IMG/VR virus record: IMGVR_UViG_3300010885_025649
Span: 124,001 to 188,000 of that record
Strand: one strand, 5' to 3'
DNA length: 64,000 nucleotides
The notes beneath the pieces are model-generated. The model was given only the letters and a program-made list of their open reading frames with translations. It made no database searches and was not told the origin of the DNA. Within the stretch, counting starts at the first letter, position 1. Every line of letters begins with the position of its first letter. Position numbers and translations under genes: made by a program. Below are positions 1 to 10,185 of this stretch, one piece after another.

Positions 1-126
1 AAGAGCGGCCAAATCATCTTCCAATTCACAAGTTAATGAACTTACATAACCAGCATCAAGATCACTACGATTTTGTAACTGTACTATATCATTTTCAAGC
101 TTTGCAATCTGATCTATAAGTGTCAT
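1..126 (-). CDS. hypothetical protein, runs off left edge (MTLIDQIAKLENDIVQLQNR...)
   Basis: ATG overlaps the HNH stop (ATGA); open to window end. Confidence 0.55.
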   Translation of the reverse strand, partial: MTLIDQIAKLENDIVQLQNRSDLDAGYVSSLTCELEDDLAAL

Positions 127-596
127 ACTTCCTCTTGATTTGCTAGTAATAACATAGGATGCATTGGTGGGCCGGGTTTACGCATTAATTTCATTCCGGA
201 TTCTTCTGGAGTTTTATCTGCTTTAAAATTATTACAGGATTTACAAGCAGTAACTACATTATCCCACACATTTCTTCCCCCTCTAGAGGTAGGAATAACG
301 TGATCAATTGTTAAATACTTCTTATCTCCGCAGTACTGGCAAGTATCTTCATCCCGTTTTATAACCGCTTTGCGGGTAACCTTCGGGATCTTCCATTGCC
401 GCTCCATATTACTACTAATAAGTCTTAATCTATTAGGAATGAAATAGGTATAGTTATAACCTCTAACAGTAATTCCTTCAGTAGTACCAGGATTTAATGC
501 TACAACTTTATTTGAATACAATAACATTAAAGCCCTGCGCCACGAAAGCTTACCTAAAGGTAAATAAGTGGCACTATATAAAAATACAGTGTCCAT
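123..596 (-). CDS. HNH endonuclease (McrA/HNH_5 type)
   Basis: [42 protein letters not shown]; N-terminal 'YLPL..SWRRA' extension typical of this family; likely start is MDTV at 596. Confidence 0.92.
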   Translation of the reverse strand: [157 protein letters not shown]

Positions 597-597
597 T

Positions 598-813
598 TTA
601 CACCTTTCTTTCAATTCCCAAAAGTTGTTTTAATTGAACTTCTACTTCAACATCAAGTAAATCTGCTACCATTTTCTCAATGCCGCCATAGACTCTACGA
701 ACTCTATCATATTCTACATATTCATCTTTCTTAAATAACTGAATTACACTAGTAGTAAACATAATATAAGTTACTAATGCTTTTACCTGCCCGGGTGTTA
801 ATTTTACTTCCAT
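598..813 (-). CDS. hypothetical protein
   Basis: 71-aa ORF in operon orientation. Confidence 0.6.
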   Translation of the reverse strand: MEVKLTPGQVKALVTYIMFTTSVIQLFKKDEYVEYDRVRRVYGGIEKMVADLLDVEVEVQLKQLLGIERKV

Positions 814-844
814 TTATATTTTACCTATGTACCGTCATCTAAAC

Positions 845-880
845 TTGACATCCTTCCCCTCCCTAAAGAAAGGGGATTCC
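845..880 (-). mobile_element. IS200/IS605(IS607)-type terminal hairpin remnant
   Basis: Minus strand GGAATCCCCTTTCTTTAGGGAGGGGAAGGATGTCAA matches the typical right-end palindrome ending GTCAA. Confidence 0.7.
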
Positions 881-898
881 ACAATGTGAACTGTGCTA

Positions 899-1468
899 TT
901 AACTAGGCCACACCGTACTAATAAGCTCTTCTTCACTAATAGGAAAATAATTATTAACATCTACTCCCACATTAAACATAGGAATATTCTTATAGTATTT
1001 TAATCGCCATGCACTATGCACATGTCCATGGATTAGAATATCCTCTTCTCCTCTGACGGCAGCAAAGTGAGGATACCTCATATCATCATAAGGTACATGT
1101 GTTACAAATGCTCGTTTACCATTAGCTAAAACCAAGGATTTAGACAAGGCGACTTTAGTAAAGCCAATGTCTAAATACTGTTGTACTGTAGCAGTTTTAT
1201 CCTTGAACTTAAAGGCGGGATGACAACTATCATGGTTACCCATATATAATTGTTTATTACCTTTTAGTTTGGGTAATACTGCGGCGGCATATCTAAATTG
1301 TAAGGTGAAATCCCCTACAAAATATACCGTATCATCATCACTAATTACACTGTTGTAATTAGCTATTAAACCCGTTGTCATTTCATCAACATCTCGCCAA
1401 GGTCTAGTCTCATAGGTGATGATGTTCTTGTGACCAAAATGTTGATCACTTGTAAAATAAAGTCCCAT
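899..1468 (-). CDS. calcineurin-like metallophosphoesterase
   Basis: FTSDQHFGH, VGDF, GNHD, THVP, IHGHVH, NVGVD motifs. Confidence 0.95.
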   Translation of the reverse strand: MGLYFTSDQHFGHKNIITYETRPWRDVDEMTTGLIANYNSVISDDDTVYFVGDFTLQFRYAAAVLPKLKGNKQLYMGNHDSCHPAFKFKDKTATVQQYLDIGFTKVALSKSLVLANGKRAFVTHVPYDDMRYPHFAAVRGEEDILIHGHVHSAWRLKYYKNIPMFNVGVDVNNYFPISEEELISTVWPS

Positions 1469-1632
1469 GTTAAATTCTCAAATTACTTTCAAGTAGGTTG
1501 TTACCGCGGCCGATTTATAATATACACAATTAAATATAATTACAAATCTATCTGTATATATTACGGTAATATTAAATGTCTCATCATCATTACTAGAATA
1601 AATACCGGGAGGTGGAAAGTTAAAGTATGTCA

Positions 1633-1845
1633 TTATTCCCATCCTCGTTTTACGTATAATTGTATTGCACTATTATGCAAGTAAATATATTTACCCATGT
1701 AAGTATCATACCTATCATGAGGTTTATCTTGCCGGTAATTCCCAACATAATAGTTACCTATATATAATTTAAGATTTCCTGGTGGGGAAACTAATACAAT
1801 ATCAAAATCATCAAAATATTTAGTCTCAAAGAAACAATAAGTCAT
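1633..1845 (-). CDS. MTYF-family microprotein
   Basis: MTYCFF start, coupled to neighbours. Confidence 0.7.
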   Translation of the reverse strand: MTYCFFETKYFDDFDIVLVSPPGNLKLYIGNYYVGNYRQDKPHDRYDTYMGKYIYLHNSAIQLYVKRGWE

Positions 1846-2017
1846 AACAAAAATATATGGTTGTGTAAAAAGATATGAGTAACCGAAAAGCCAACTGTAA
1901 GAAACCCATCTTTAAATACTTGTGTGCCAAAGTTCTCAAATCTAATAGTGAGTTTGTTGATGGTAGTGATATATTGAGGACTTGTGGAGGATTTGAATTT
2001 GAACACTAGAAAAACCT

Positions 2018-2203
2018 TTACGATTTCATGGGAACAACTTGAGAAATGATAACCTTATACTCTAATGGTTTACGAAAACTATCTTTGCGTATAATAAAAT
2101 AGTCCTTGTATACTATACCTGGTAACCTTGACTCGAAATTTAACCAAACAAACTTAGTAAGTTGTATTCGAGGACTATTATCCTTGCTAATAAAATAAGT
2201 CAT
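2018..2203 (-). CDS. MTYF-family microprotein
   Basis: MTYFIS...YKDYFI. Confidence 0.75.
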   Translation of the reverse strand: MTYFISKDNSPRIQLTKFVWLNFESRLPGIVYKDYFIIRKDSFRKPLEYKVIISQVVPMKS

Positions 2204-2372
2204 GATGGCCTAAACACATGTACTATTGCACAATTTTGTAATGTAACAACATCAGATAGACGTATATATCTATCCGAATAAAAACAATAAGCTATTGAAC
2301 TTCTATTAGATAAATTTACCTTAAGGAATTTACCAGGAATATGAACTACCGGTTGTCTAACAACTATATAAG

Positions 2373-2549
2373 TCATAACCGTGTAGTAATAAATATATTT
2401 GTGCCTGCATGAGCATTATTACTAGTAATAAACTTATCTTGATATAATATAACCATGTTTGTATAAGTTTCATGTAATAGATTAACTCTTAACCTTGTAC
2501 CAAGAACGATATTATATGTATCTTTTAATGCTGTTATAAAATGTGTCAT
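2373..2549 (-). CDS. MTYF-family microprotein
   Basis: MTHFIT...YQDKFI. Confidence 0.75.
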   Translation of the reverse strand: MTHFITALKDTYNIVLGTRLRVNLLHETYTNMVILYQDKFITSNNAHAGTNIFITTRL

Positions 2550-2698
2550 TTTGTACCTGCATGACAAGATCGGCCTACAAGAAACTCATCTAAATATAAA
2601 TTAGTGTAAGGAATACCTTGCCAGTAATCCGCCGCCTCTAAAACATAACTAGAACATTCTGTAAGTTTCATTGAATACTTAATAATAAAATACGTCAT
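2546..2698 (-). CDS. MTYF-family microprotein
   Basis: MTYFII...YLDEFL. Confidence 0.7.
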   Translation of the reverse strand: MTYFIIKYSMKLTECSSYVLEAADYWQGIPYTNLYLDEFLVGRSCHAGTK

Positions 2699-2859
2699 AT
2701 AAACTTCCAAACTACATGACATCCATAGATACATCCAAAACATATAAACTTATCTAAATAATAATAAGTCTCTGGTATTCCCGGAGTATATATAAAGTAA
2801 ACAATACCAATCTTAATAGTATTACTATAAGAAGTTACCGCATAAGTCATAGACAGCCT

Positions 2860-3297
2860 TTAAATCCTGTAGGTTGTGATTGTTGGCTTCGGCTTAGAGT
2901 TATAATCCTTTACAGAACGGAGGATGTGCAAATACTCCGATATTTGCTTAGAAGTTTTAGCTTTAGCCTCAGCTTCAGTTATTCCCACAATTTGTTCAGA
3001 AGAATAATGAAATGTTGACACCCTTTTAGGATTAATCGGAAGAGTTATAGCTTTACGCATACCCCAATTAGGAGCAAGCATAAATCCTCCAACGTATCTA
3101 GAATGTGAACATTCATACCCTTCTGGTATACACAATAAAGGGTGTAACTTCTGACCAGAAATAGCAGGAAGAATAACAATTAATTGCACAGAGTAATTAG
3201 CCCACTGCGGAAAGATCTCAGCGGCTTTAGTTGCAGGCGGAATCAACTCAGCAGCGTGTTCAACAAACTCAATAGAAAGCTCTTCAACAGGGTTCAT
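2860..3297 (-). CDS. hypothetical protein
   Basis: 145-aa ORF with AGGAG RBS. Confidence 0.75.
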   Translation of the reverse strand: MNPVEELSIEFVEHAAELIPPATKAAEIFPQWANYSVQLIVILPAISGQKLHPLLCIPEGYECSHSRYVGGFMLAPNWGMRKAITLPINPKRVSTFHYSSEQIVGITEAEAKAKTSKQISEYLHILRSVKDYNSKPKPTITTYRI

Positions 3298-3309
3298 CTT
3301 GGATCTCCT

Positions 3310-3816
3310 TTAAGAAGTAAATCTCACACCGTAAATCATAGCTACCCGATGTAGCTCCTTCAGCGCAGCCTCTTTAGTACACGTATATAATACCTGCAGA
3401 TTAAATTCAGGCAGAGCCTGTTTAATAATCAAACAAGCCATATTATGATTACAGTTATTAAAAGCAAGACTAACTGCCCCACCCAAACAATGTGAAGGCC
3501 CAAACCAACAACACTGATTATACCTACCAGAATTAGTATGATTAATTAATAACTGAATTAATTCTTTAGGATCAATCTGAGGAAGACCTGTAATGTTATC
3601 TAACTTAGCACTAGCAATATAACCACTTTTGAGTATAACATCAGTAAAATCCGCGCCGGTAAAATCAGCACCCCTAAAAGGGAAATTAGTCAAATCTACT
3701 CCGGCTAAGATACAGTGGCTAAAGTCAGCTTTAGTGACCTTAGTACCACCGGAATTAATCCAAGCCCATTGTGCCTCACGCATCTTATCAACTTTAGCTT
3801 GTGTGATCGTTTTCAT
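3310..3816 (-). CDS. pentapeptide-repeat protein
   Basis: ADFSH/VDLTN/ADFTG/ADFTD/AKLDN repeats. Confidence 0.85.
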   Translation of the reverse strand: MKTITQAKVDKMREAQWAWINSGGTKVTKADFSHCILAGVDLTNFPFRGADFTGADFTDVILKSGYIASAKLDNITGLPQIDPKELIQLLINHTNSGRYNQCCWFGPSHCLGGAVSLAFNNCNHNMACLIIKQALPEFNLQVLYTCTKEAALKELHRVAMIYGVRFTS

Positions 3817-4025
3817 TTCAGTTCCTTTGATTGTGGAGTTAAAGTTATATAAAAATCCTCCCCATAATCTTCTAAAACTAGCTTCTCACTTATATTTAAA
3901 AACACATCTATATATATAGGGTTGATTCTAAGTATTGTATGATTATTAGGATGTTTGCTCAAGATATAAAAATAATAGAAACCCTGATCTAGAAACCAAG
4001 TCTTATTAAAGTCAAGATAAGTCAT
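3813..4025 (-). CDS. MTYF-family microprotein
   Basis: MTYLDF...YIDVFL. Confidence 0.75.
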   Translation of the reverse strand: MTYLDFNKTWFLDQGFYYFYILSKHPNNHTILRINPIYIDVFLNISEKLVLEDYGEDFYITLTPQSKELK

Positions 4026-4204
4026 ACTTTATTCCTACACACACTTAGATTCTCTATAACCCTAGCTTTAGGCTCTGTATGCGTCCAATAACTTAAATAC
4101 ATAAAACCATCTGAGAATATTACGGGGTTATGTATGTATTTGTCTAAGTAGAAATCATATAATTGTAAGCCGGGAGTACATCTACCCAGATTAAAGTGAG
4201 TCAT
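4022..4204 (-). CDS. MTYF-family microprotein
   Basis: MTHFNL...FSDGFM. Confidence 0.75.
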   Translation of the reverse strand: MTHFNLGRCTPGLQLYDFYLDKYIHNPVIFSDGFMYLSYWTHTEPKARVIENLSVCRNKV

Positions 4205-4742
4205 GTTACTTTGATTACTCGTATATACCAATTACTATGAATCCAAGAACCTATATTAACAAAGTTATCTTTAAGTGAATAATTAATTGTTATATGTATA
4301 TTAGGTGGAAGCTCAAAACCTAACCGATAGTCACACAAAAAAACTCGCTGGCCAATCCTAAAAATAGTCATAGTAATACCACATCTACATTGTTACTATT
4401 CTTCGTAACTAACCCCTTACTCTCAATAAAGTTATCTTTATACATTACTTTACCCAGTATTATCTTAGGATGTAAATAAAGGTAAAAGTTGGGAATACGT
4501 AATGTGGCATAGTTATTTCGCTTCTTGATTCTAACGAAATGTGTCATGTTAATTCTTTAAGTTAAAGTAAGTCAATGTAAATACCATGAGTAGTATAGTC
4601 TGGATCTAATGGCCGCTCAAACATAACAAAGTTATCTTCATAATTACCACGCGGGCCGCTATTTCTATTATTCAAGAGTATATAAAAAGGACCTGCAGCA
4701 ATATACCGGTTAAATCCAAGATGAGTAACAAAGTGTGTCATG

Positions 4743-4937
4743 TTAATTACTTAATCTAATAGTTATATCAGGAATATTATGCGAATAAGTATCTAAACCA
4801 ATCGTAATAAAACTGTCTGTAAAAATAACACCTATTGTCCAATTGGGATTTAATATCACGTCAGTATAAGAATTAAAACGTATATACTGAAATCGAGCCT
4901 TTAGTGGTTTATTCTTAATATAAACTGTATAAGTCAT
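4743..4937 (-). CDS. MTYF-family microprotein
   Basis: MTYTVY...FTDSFI...ITIRL. Confidence 0.75.
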   Translation of the reverse strand: MTYTVYIKNKPLKARFQYIRFNSYTDVILNPNWTIGVIFTDSFITIGLDTYSHNIPDITIRLSN

Positions 4938-5442
4938 GTCATCCCTATAAATATACTGATATCGCCATCTTCATAACTTTTTGTGGTGATATACATAAAA
5001 GGATCTTCATACTCATTCTTTACCCCAACTGTGGAAAACATATGCGCGGCTATACCTTCACTAAGTTTTATTTCTCTAATCAAATCTTTAGGTTTAAAGT
5101 AAGTCATGTTAATCCATTAACTTAATATCTACTTGCTGCCTTGATTTAGCTCCAACACTAATAAAGTTATCTTCAAAGATATTACGCCGCCATGAAACAC
5201 AATTTAAATAAATATATTGGTGTTTATGTAACTGTACAAATCTACTTTGGTAATGTTCTAGAATAAAATGTGTCATGGTAATCTTCCTACAAATACTGTA
5301 GTAAGTCGCCTAAACGTTGTCGCAAGTAACTTATCTTTATAAAATACTATAATAGCTGATGGATAAATTTGTTTAGTTCGCCTATAGAAATACATGTTGT
5401 TTATTATTCTCGCATCAGAATTATTAAGCGGGAAAATGTATG

Positions 5443-5619
5443 TCATATTGTAGCTATCTCTAAAATCTTATTACCATGTACTCTAATAAACCTATCTAAA
5501 TACAATTGCTTAAATCCTATAATTACACCCCCTACATGACAAGTCATACCATATAGCTTCTGTCCGCATTTTAGATGCGTGGAATAACTAGGATGATTAT
5601 TAAGAAGAAAGTGTGTCAT
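5443..5619 (-). CDS. MTYF-family microprotein
   Basis: MTHFLL...YLDRFI. Confidence 0.75.
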   Translation of the reverse strand: MTHFLLNNHPSYSTHLKCGQKLYGMTCHVGGVIIGFKQLYLDRFIRVHGNKILEIATI

Positions 5620-5779
5620 TTTAAACACCGCGGTTTCCGCCCAATAAATAATAAACCATTAATAGTTACTTTAAGTAAACTATCTTCATAGGTTATAGGG
5701 TAATCACTCTTATTAATTCGATGGAAGAACTTTACATTGTTTATTACTTGTGTCTGAAGCCTAAGAATGAAGTATGTCA

Positions 5780-5971
5780 TTAATCAAAACCCTGTTTAGA
5801 TACTATAGATAATCTTCCTTCTGATTTATACGTGTATAACTCCAATCTAACTAAGTCATCTTGATAATAGAGTAAGTCTAATTGAGGAGTCCTATCTACA
5901 TACAACCTGATAGCTATTCTTGGTATGTTAATTAAGGCTATCCAATTGTTTTCATCCATGAAATGTGTCAT
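5780..5971 (-). CDS. MTYF-family microprotein
   Basis: MTHFMD...YQDDLV. Confidence 0.75.
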   Translation of the reverse strand: MTHFMDENNWIALINIPRIAIRLYVDRTPQLDLLYYQDDLVRLELYTYKSEGRLSIVSKQGFD

Positions 5972-6171
5972 AACGGCTTATTATTATTTAAGACTTCAAC
6001 AACCTGATGGCTATTTACGTAAATAAAGTTATCCGAATAGTCAATACAAGTATTATCTAAAGCGCGAGAACCACCAAAATAAAGTTTGCGATTCACCCGT
6101 TGTATGTAGAAAGGTAATTTTAAATAAGATGGATGCCCCGAAGTAAAATTACAAAAAAAGAGATATGTCAC
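5968..6171 (-). CDS. MTYF-family microprotein
   Basis: GTG start; TYLFF...YSDNFI. Confidence 0.75.
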   Translation of the reverse strand: MTYLFFCNFTSGHPSYLKLPFYIQRVNRKLYFGGSRALDNTCIDYSDNFIYVNSHQVVEVLNNNKPL

Positions 6172-6309
6172 GATAGCTTTCCTATAAATACCGCACGATG
6201 TGACCTAATAGTTACTCTAAGTAAAAGATCTCTATAAGCTGTTGGAGTATTTGACTCTCCATTTCTACAAGCGCCATCATATTTTATTTTTATCAGAGAG
6301 ATGGGTCAA

Positions 6310-6341
6310 AAACCCCATCCTTTAGGGCGGGGGAGTGTCAA
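6310..6341 (+). mobile_element. IS200/IS605-type terminal hairpin remnant
   Basis: AAACCCCATCCTTTAGGGCGGGGGAGTGTCAA. Confidence 0.7.
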
Positions 6342-7061
6342 TCTCTCTTATGTCTATAGCAACCTTATTCCATTCAGTCACTGTTATAAAGTTATCCTCA
6401 AGAAGCGGGTAAATCTTAATCCAAGTAGGACTATTAAAATGCACCGTTATTAACTTACATGAGCATAAAAAGAAATTAAAATATGTCACTTTTTAATCTC
6501 TCTTATGTCTATACAAATTTCATTCCAATAAGTTACCTTTACAAAGTTATCTTGGAAAAATGTATTATGCCTCCATCTTGAATTATTAAAGTATATTGTT
6601 ACTAAGTTAAATGCCTTGTTAAACGAATTGAAATGTGTCATATAGTTACAATATCCAAAGTCAAAGTATGAGGATCATATTGAGTTGTTCTAATATAACT
6701 ATCCTCAAATAATACTAAATCTGAGTTGGCATTTACACTATTTAAATATAAATAGTGCTGCAACTTTATTCCATGTCTATCATTTATACCAACAATGAAA
6801 TGTGTCATGATCTTGCACGTAGTTGAAGCCAGTTATTATTATACAAACGGGGATTTACCCAAACAGTAAACTCAATAAACCTATCCTCATATCCTAAATA
6901 TTCACCAGGATCCCAAGGTATCGAGGTAAATTTGTATGGGAAGCCTAAATAACTATTTGCAAGGTATGTCATTCTCTTGTTACCCTGAAGTCTAAAACAT
7001 AGTTATGCTTAACACAATCAAATTCAGTAGCCCTCAAATAATAATCCGGTATAAAAATATG

Positions 7062-7259
7062 TCATGATGCTACCAATCTTATATCAATAGCATACTTTGC
7101 TATCACACCTACATTATAATCATGTACTTTAATAAAAGAATCTTTATAAAGTAAAACATCCTTTTTATTTCGGAAACCATTCTGAAAGTAAATAGATCCT
7201 TTAGAAAAAGATATATAGTATTCATTGTAATTTAAACTTAAACCAAGAAAGTACGTCAT
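7062..7259 (-). CDS. MTYF-family microprotein
   Basis: MTYFLG...YKDSFI...IDIRL. Confidence 0.8.
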   Translation of the reverse strand: MTYFLGLSLNYNEYYISFSKGSIYFQNGFRNKKDVLLYKDSFIKVHDYNVGVIAKYAIDIRLVAS

Positions 7260-7483
7260 GCTACTAATTTAAAATCTAATATATCATTACGCCAACCTAA
7301 TTCAGGATTAGAATCTTCTACCGTTATAAAAGCATCAGCATATACTAAACGGTATTTACCATCAGCTTCTCCACTGGCTATATCCTCATCTTCAAACTGA
7401 AAATATACTACACATTTACCTAAATCACACCAATGCATATCAGAAATATTAAATGTACGAATTGAAGGGTAAAAGTTTGTCAT
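7256..7483 (-). CDS. MTYF-family microprotein
   Basis: MTNFY...YADAFI...LDFKL. Confidence 0.8.
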   Translation of the reverse strand: MTNFYPSIRTFNISDMHWCDLGKCVVYFQFEDEDIASGEADGKYRLVYADAFITVEDSNPELGWRNDILDFKLVA

Positions 7484-7686
7484 GACTGCAACCTAATATC
7501 AAGTGTTCGACTTCCCCCCCAACTATTTATACAATTTAGATGATTAAAAATATCAAGCCTCAGACAAGCATCTATATACACTGCAACATCACCAGAAGAT
7601 CGCTGCGGACTTTGGAAATATACCAGAAGCGGTCCCAAAATACATGCACTGTCATATTTTAATTTAGAACCATAGAAATGCGTCAT
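7480..7686 (-). CDS. MTYF-family microprotein
   Basis: MTHFYG...YIDACL...LDIRL. Confidence 0.8.
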   Translation of the reverse strand: MTHFYGSKLKYDSACILGPLLVYFQSPQRSSGDVAVYIDACLRLDIFNHLNCINSWGGSRTLDIRLQS

Positions 7687-7852
7687 GATAAAACCCTTAA
7701 ATCCATAGACCAATAATCTCCGGTAAGATCAAAGTAAGTAAGCTTAATAAATCTATCTTGGAAAGATACCTTATCTTCATACTCAATACCAGGATTGTGG
7801 AAGAATATAGCACCTATAGGCAAATTCACATAAAAGTCAGCGCCGCAATATG

Positions 7853-8044
7853 TCATCGGTTTGCTCGAATATCTATAATATCAGTAAACCTAATCACTCT
7901 TGGATCATATTCCTTAGTAGTTATATAAATATCCTCATACATTAAAGTATCCCGAGGGGTAGCGGCCGCACTATCAAAGCATACTCCGAGGAAATTAAAA
8001 CTAATATCAAAAACAGGAGTGGTAATAGTAATAAAGTAGGTCAT
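7853..8044 (-). CDS. MTYF-family microprotein
   Basis: MTYFIT...YEDIYI...IDIR. Confidence 0.8.
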   Translation of the reverse strand: MTYFITITTPVFDISFNFLGVCFDSAAATPRDTLMYEDIYITTKEYDPRVIRFTDIIDIRANR

Positions 8045-8244
8045 TCGACTAACCTGATGTCCAGATAATAGGGTGCATGAGTATGAGAATAACTAGTAAC
8101 TTCTAAATAGTTATCTAACTGTATTAATAAATCCTGTTCTGATCTACCTAAACATTGCAAGAATATAAGAATGTCAGAACTCAAATCGGGATCACCCCTA
8201 TCTACATCAGACTTATCATCACCAATATTAAAGAAATATGTCAT
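8041..8244 (-). CDS. MTYF-family microprotein
   Basis: MTYFFN...LDNYL...LDIRL. Confidence 0.8.
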   Translation of the reverse strand: MTYFFNIGDDKSDVDRGDPDLSSDILIFLQCLGRSEQDLLIQLDNYLEVTSYSHTHAPYYLDIRLVE

Positions 8245-8444
8245 CTCGTAAACCTTATGTCTAGCACAGTAGGATTTGATAGATCAAAGTCATCTAGATA
8301 TTCTATGCAAGTAATAAAGTTATCTTGATGACGTAACTGATCCTGATTACCTCTCTGTGAGTCCTGAAAACAATAAGTCTTACATCGACTAATGTCGATT
8401 TCTATATAAAAAGTAGGGGTAACTGTGTTAATAAAATAAGTCAC
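8241..8444 (-). CDS. MTYF-family microprotein
   Basis: GTG start; TYFIN...HQDNFI...LDIRF. Confidence 0.8.
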   Translation of the reverse strand: MTYFINTVTPTFYIEIDISRCKTYCFQDSQRGNQDQLRHQDNFITCIEYLDDFDLSNPTVLDIRFTR

Positions 8445-8747
8445 TTTTAAATATCCGTACTTCAGAGAGCCAAGCCGAGTCAACACAACAATAAGTCATT
8501 CTCTTGTCCGTAAAATATTTATTGTACCAAAACAAATAGCATTATGCCTTTTGAGCGTGTAGAAAAATATGTCATGTGCTTATATAAATAGTGACTTGGG
8601 AATAATCCTCTAATGCCCGAATAGTTACTAACAAATCGTGATATCTTGGGGTAATATATGGATTTCCTGTAGTAGATGTAAATAAACATATTCTAAAATC
8701 ACTACCCAACTTCCATTGAGTTACACCTATTCTATTAATAAAATATG

Positions 8748-8930
8748 TCACAGTATCCTTAAAATAATAGAATTACTAACGCTATCATAACGATAACTAA
8801 TTAGTAGCGCATCCCTAAATAGTTTTTCGTGTTCACCTTCAAGCCAAATTCTGGATAAATGAATATCCAAATTCCAACTATATACAGGTAAAGTATATCC
8901 CCAACGATTCTTACCTACAAAATATGTCAT
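8748..8930 (-). CDS. MTYF-family microprotein
   Basis: MTYFVG...FRDALL. Confidence 0.75.
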   Translation of the reverse strand: MTYFVGKNRWGYTLPVYSWNLDIHLSRIWLEGEHEKLFRDALLISYRYDSVSNSIILRIL

Positions 8931-9112
8931 GGTAAATACACATAAATACGATATTCAGCAACTATTAAGGTTTTAATGCACATAAAACTGTCTATATAAC
9001 CACAATCATCAAGTGTTCCAGCACGCAAATCTATAAGACAAATTACGTGGCGCGGCAGTGTAATATCCTCTTCGAATTTCTTGCTGTAAAACTTCTTAAG
9101 TAAATAAGTCAT
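8927..9112 (-). CDS. MTYF-family microprotein
   Basis: MTYLLK...YIDSFM. Confidence 0.75.
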   Translation of the reverse strand: MTYLLKKFYSKKFEEDITLPRHVICLIDLRAGTLDDCGYIDSFMCIKTLIVAEYRIYVYLP

Positions 9113-9134
9113 TCACCTTTACCAGATCGAGCGT

Positions 9135-9168
9135 AAAGCCCATGCCTTCAGGCATGGGGAGTTGTCAA
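9135..9168 (+). mobile_element. IS200/IS605-type terminal hairpin remnant
   Basis: AAAGCCCATGCCTTCAGGCATGGGGAGTTGTCAA. Confidence 0.75.
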
Positions 9169-9888
9169 GATCTAATGAACTACAAGGTGTGAATATAGAA
9201 CCTTTAAATATAATCATATCAATGTTGCGGAAATATGTCATTCCTTTTTAAACCAAGAGTAATTTAAATGGCCGTCAAACATAATCTCAAATTTTATATA
9301 ATAATCTATATAGAATACTTTGGGAGAACACCATGATATTTTATATATTAAATACCGCTTATAGAAATGTGTCATGTTTACTTTATTCTAATGCAAACTT
9401 TATATTATATGCGGATTAAATATTCTAACGGTGTAAGCTAATGTAATCTTCAAGAGTTTATCTTGGTAAATTATGTCGCGGCGATGCAAAATTGGATGCG
9501 CGCTTAGTAAATAATGGATTAAACTATATCGTCATATGTCATCCTAGCCTCTGAATTTGTGCATAAAAAGGGCCTATTTTCGTGCAGAAAAAAGCCACCT
9601 GCATTTGCAAGTCGCTGGATGTAAATTATTAATTGCAGGGTTTTTATGCAAAAGGTTTATGTACCTATTTTTGAGGCCTATTTTTCACTTGCCTAAATTT
9701 GCCCTGTTATATCCCTTTGTGATTGCCAAATGTTATGTTACCTGCTGTCTTTGTATGTAATCATTATAACGTTTAACAGGATGCGTAATCTGGTGTTATA
9801 ATTTATCGATTCTTAGATTAATGTGTATAGCATAATAAGCGCCAAAAGGCATTACAGATATCTCATCATACACGTTTATCAAACAAAT

Positions 9889-10185
9889 GTGCCAGTGTCG
9901 CAGTTGTGGTAATCTAATTAAATAAATAATTAAATGAATTAATTCTGTAAAATGCTCTGGGAGCGGATTATAAAAATCATTATTAATTCAATTTAATTAA
10001 TTAATTAAATTGGAGTTGAATAAATAGTATAAGCTTGGGCAAAAGCGTGAGGACCAATGCGTGCGAGACCGTTCTAGATAGTAATCCCTGGAAGTGCTAG
10101 TCATATGGTAACCCTATGTGAAATGTGCGCTAGTGTTTCAGTTGTGGTAATGGAAAAGTAACGCTAGTGTTATAAATGTGGTAAT
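9889..10185. repeat. three ~25-bp direct repeats GCYAGTGT-N5-6-TGTGGTAAT in an AT-rich intergenic region
   Basis: Copies at 9889-9913, 10127-10151 and 10161-10185. Confidence 0.7.

Larger units (their letters stand above)
1478..9542 (-). repeat. tandem array of ~40 small paralogous ORFs (MT[Y/H]F...[Y/F]xDx[F/Y]I...[L]DIR family)
   Basis: Recurring starts (gtcat/gtcac on + strand) typically every ~150-220 bp, stop/start overlaps and shared motifs; interrupted by two unrelated genes at 2860-3816. Confidence 0.85.

Noticed and set aside
845-9168. Functional TnpB omegaRNA guide array
   Set aside because: Only ~35-nt ends remain, orientations differ, and there is no full scaffold or nuclease in the window
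1478-9542. Diversity-generating retroelement as the source of microgene variation
   Set aside because: No reverse transcriptase and no TR/VR pair with adenine-specific differences is visible
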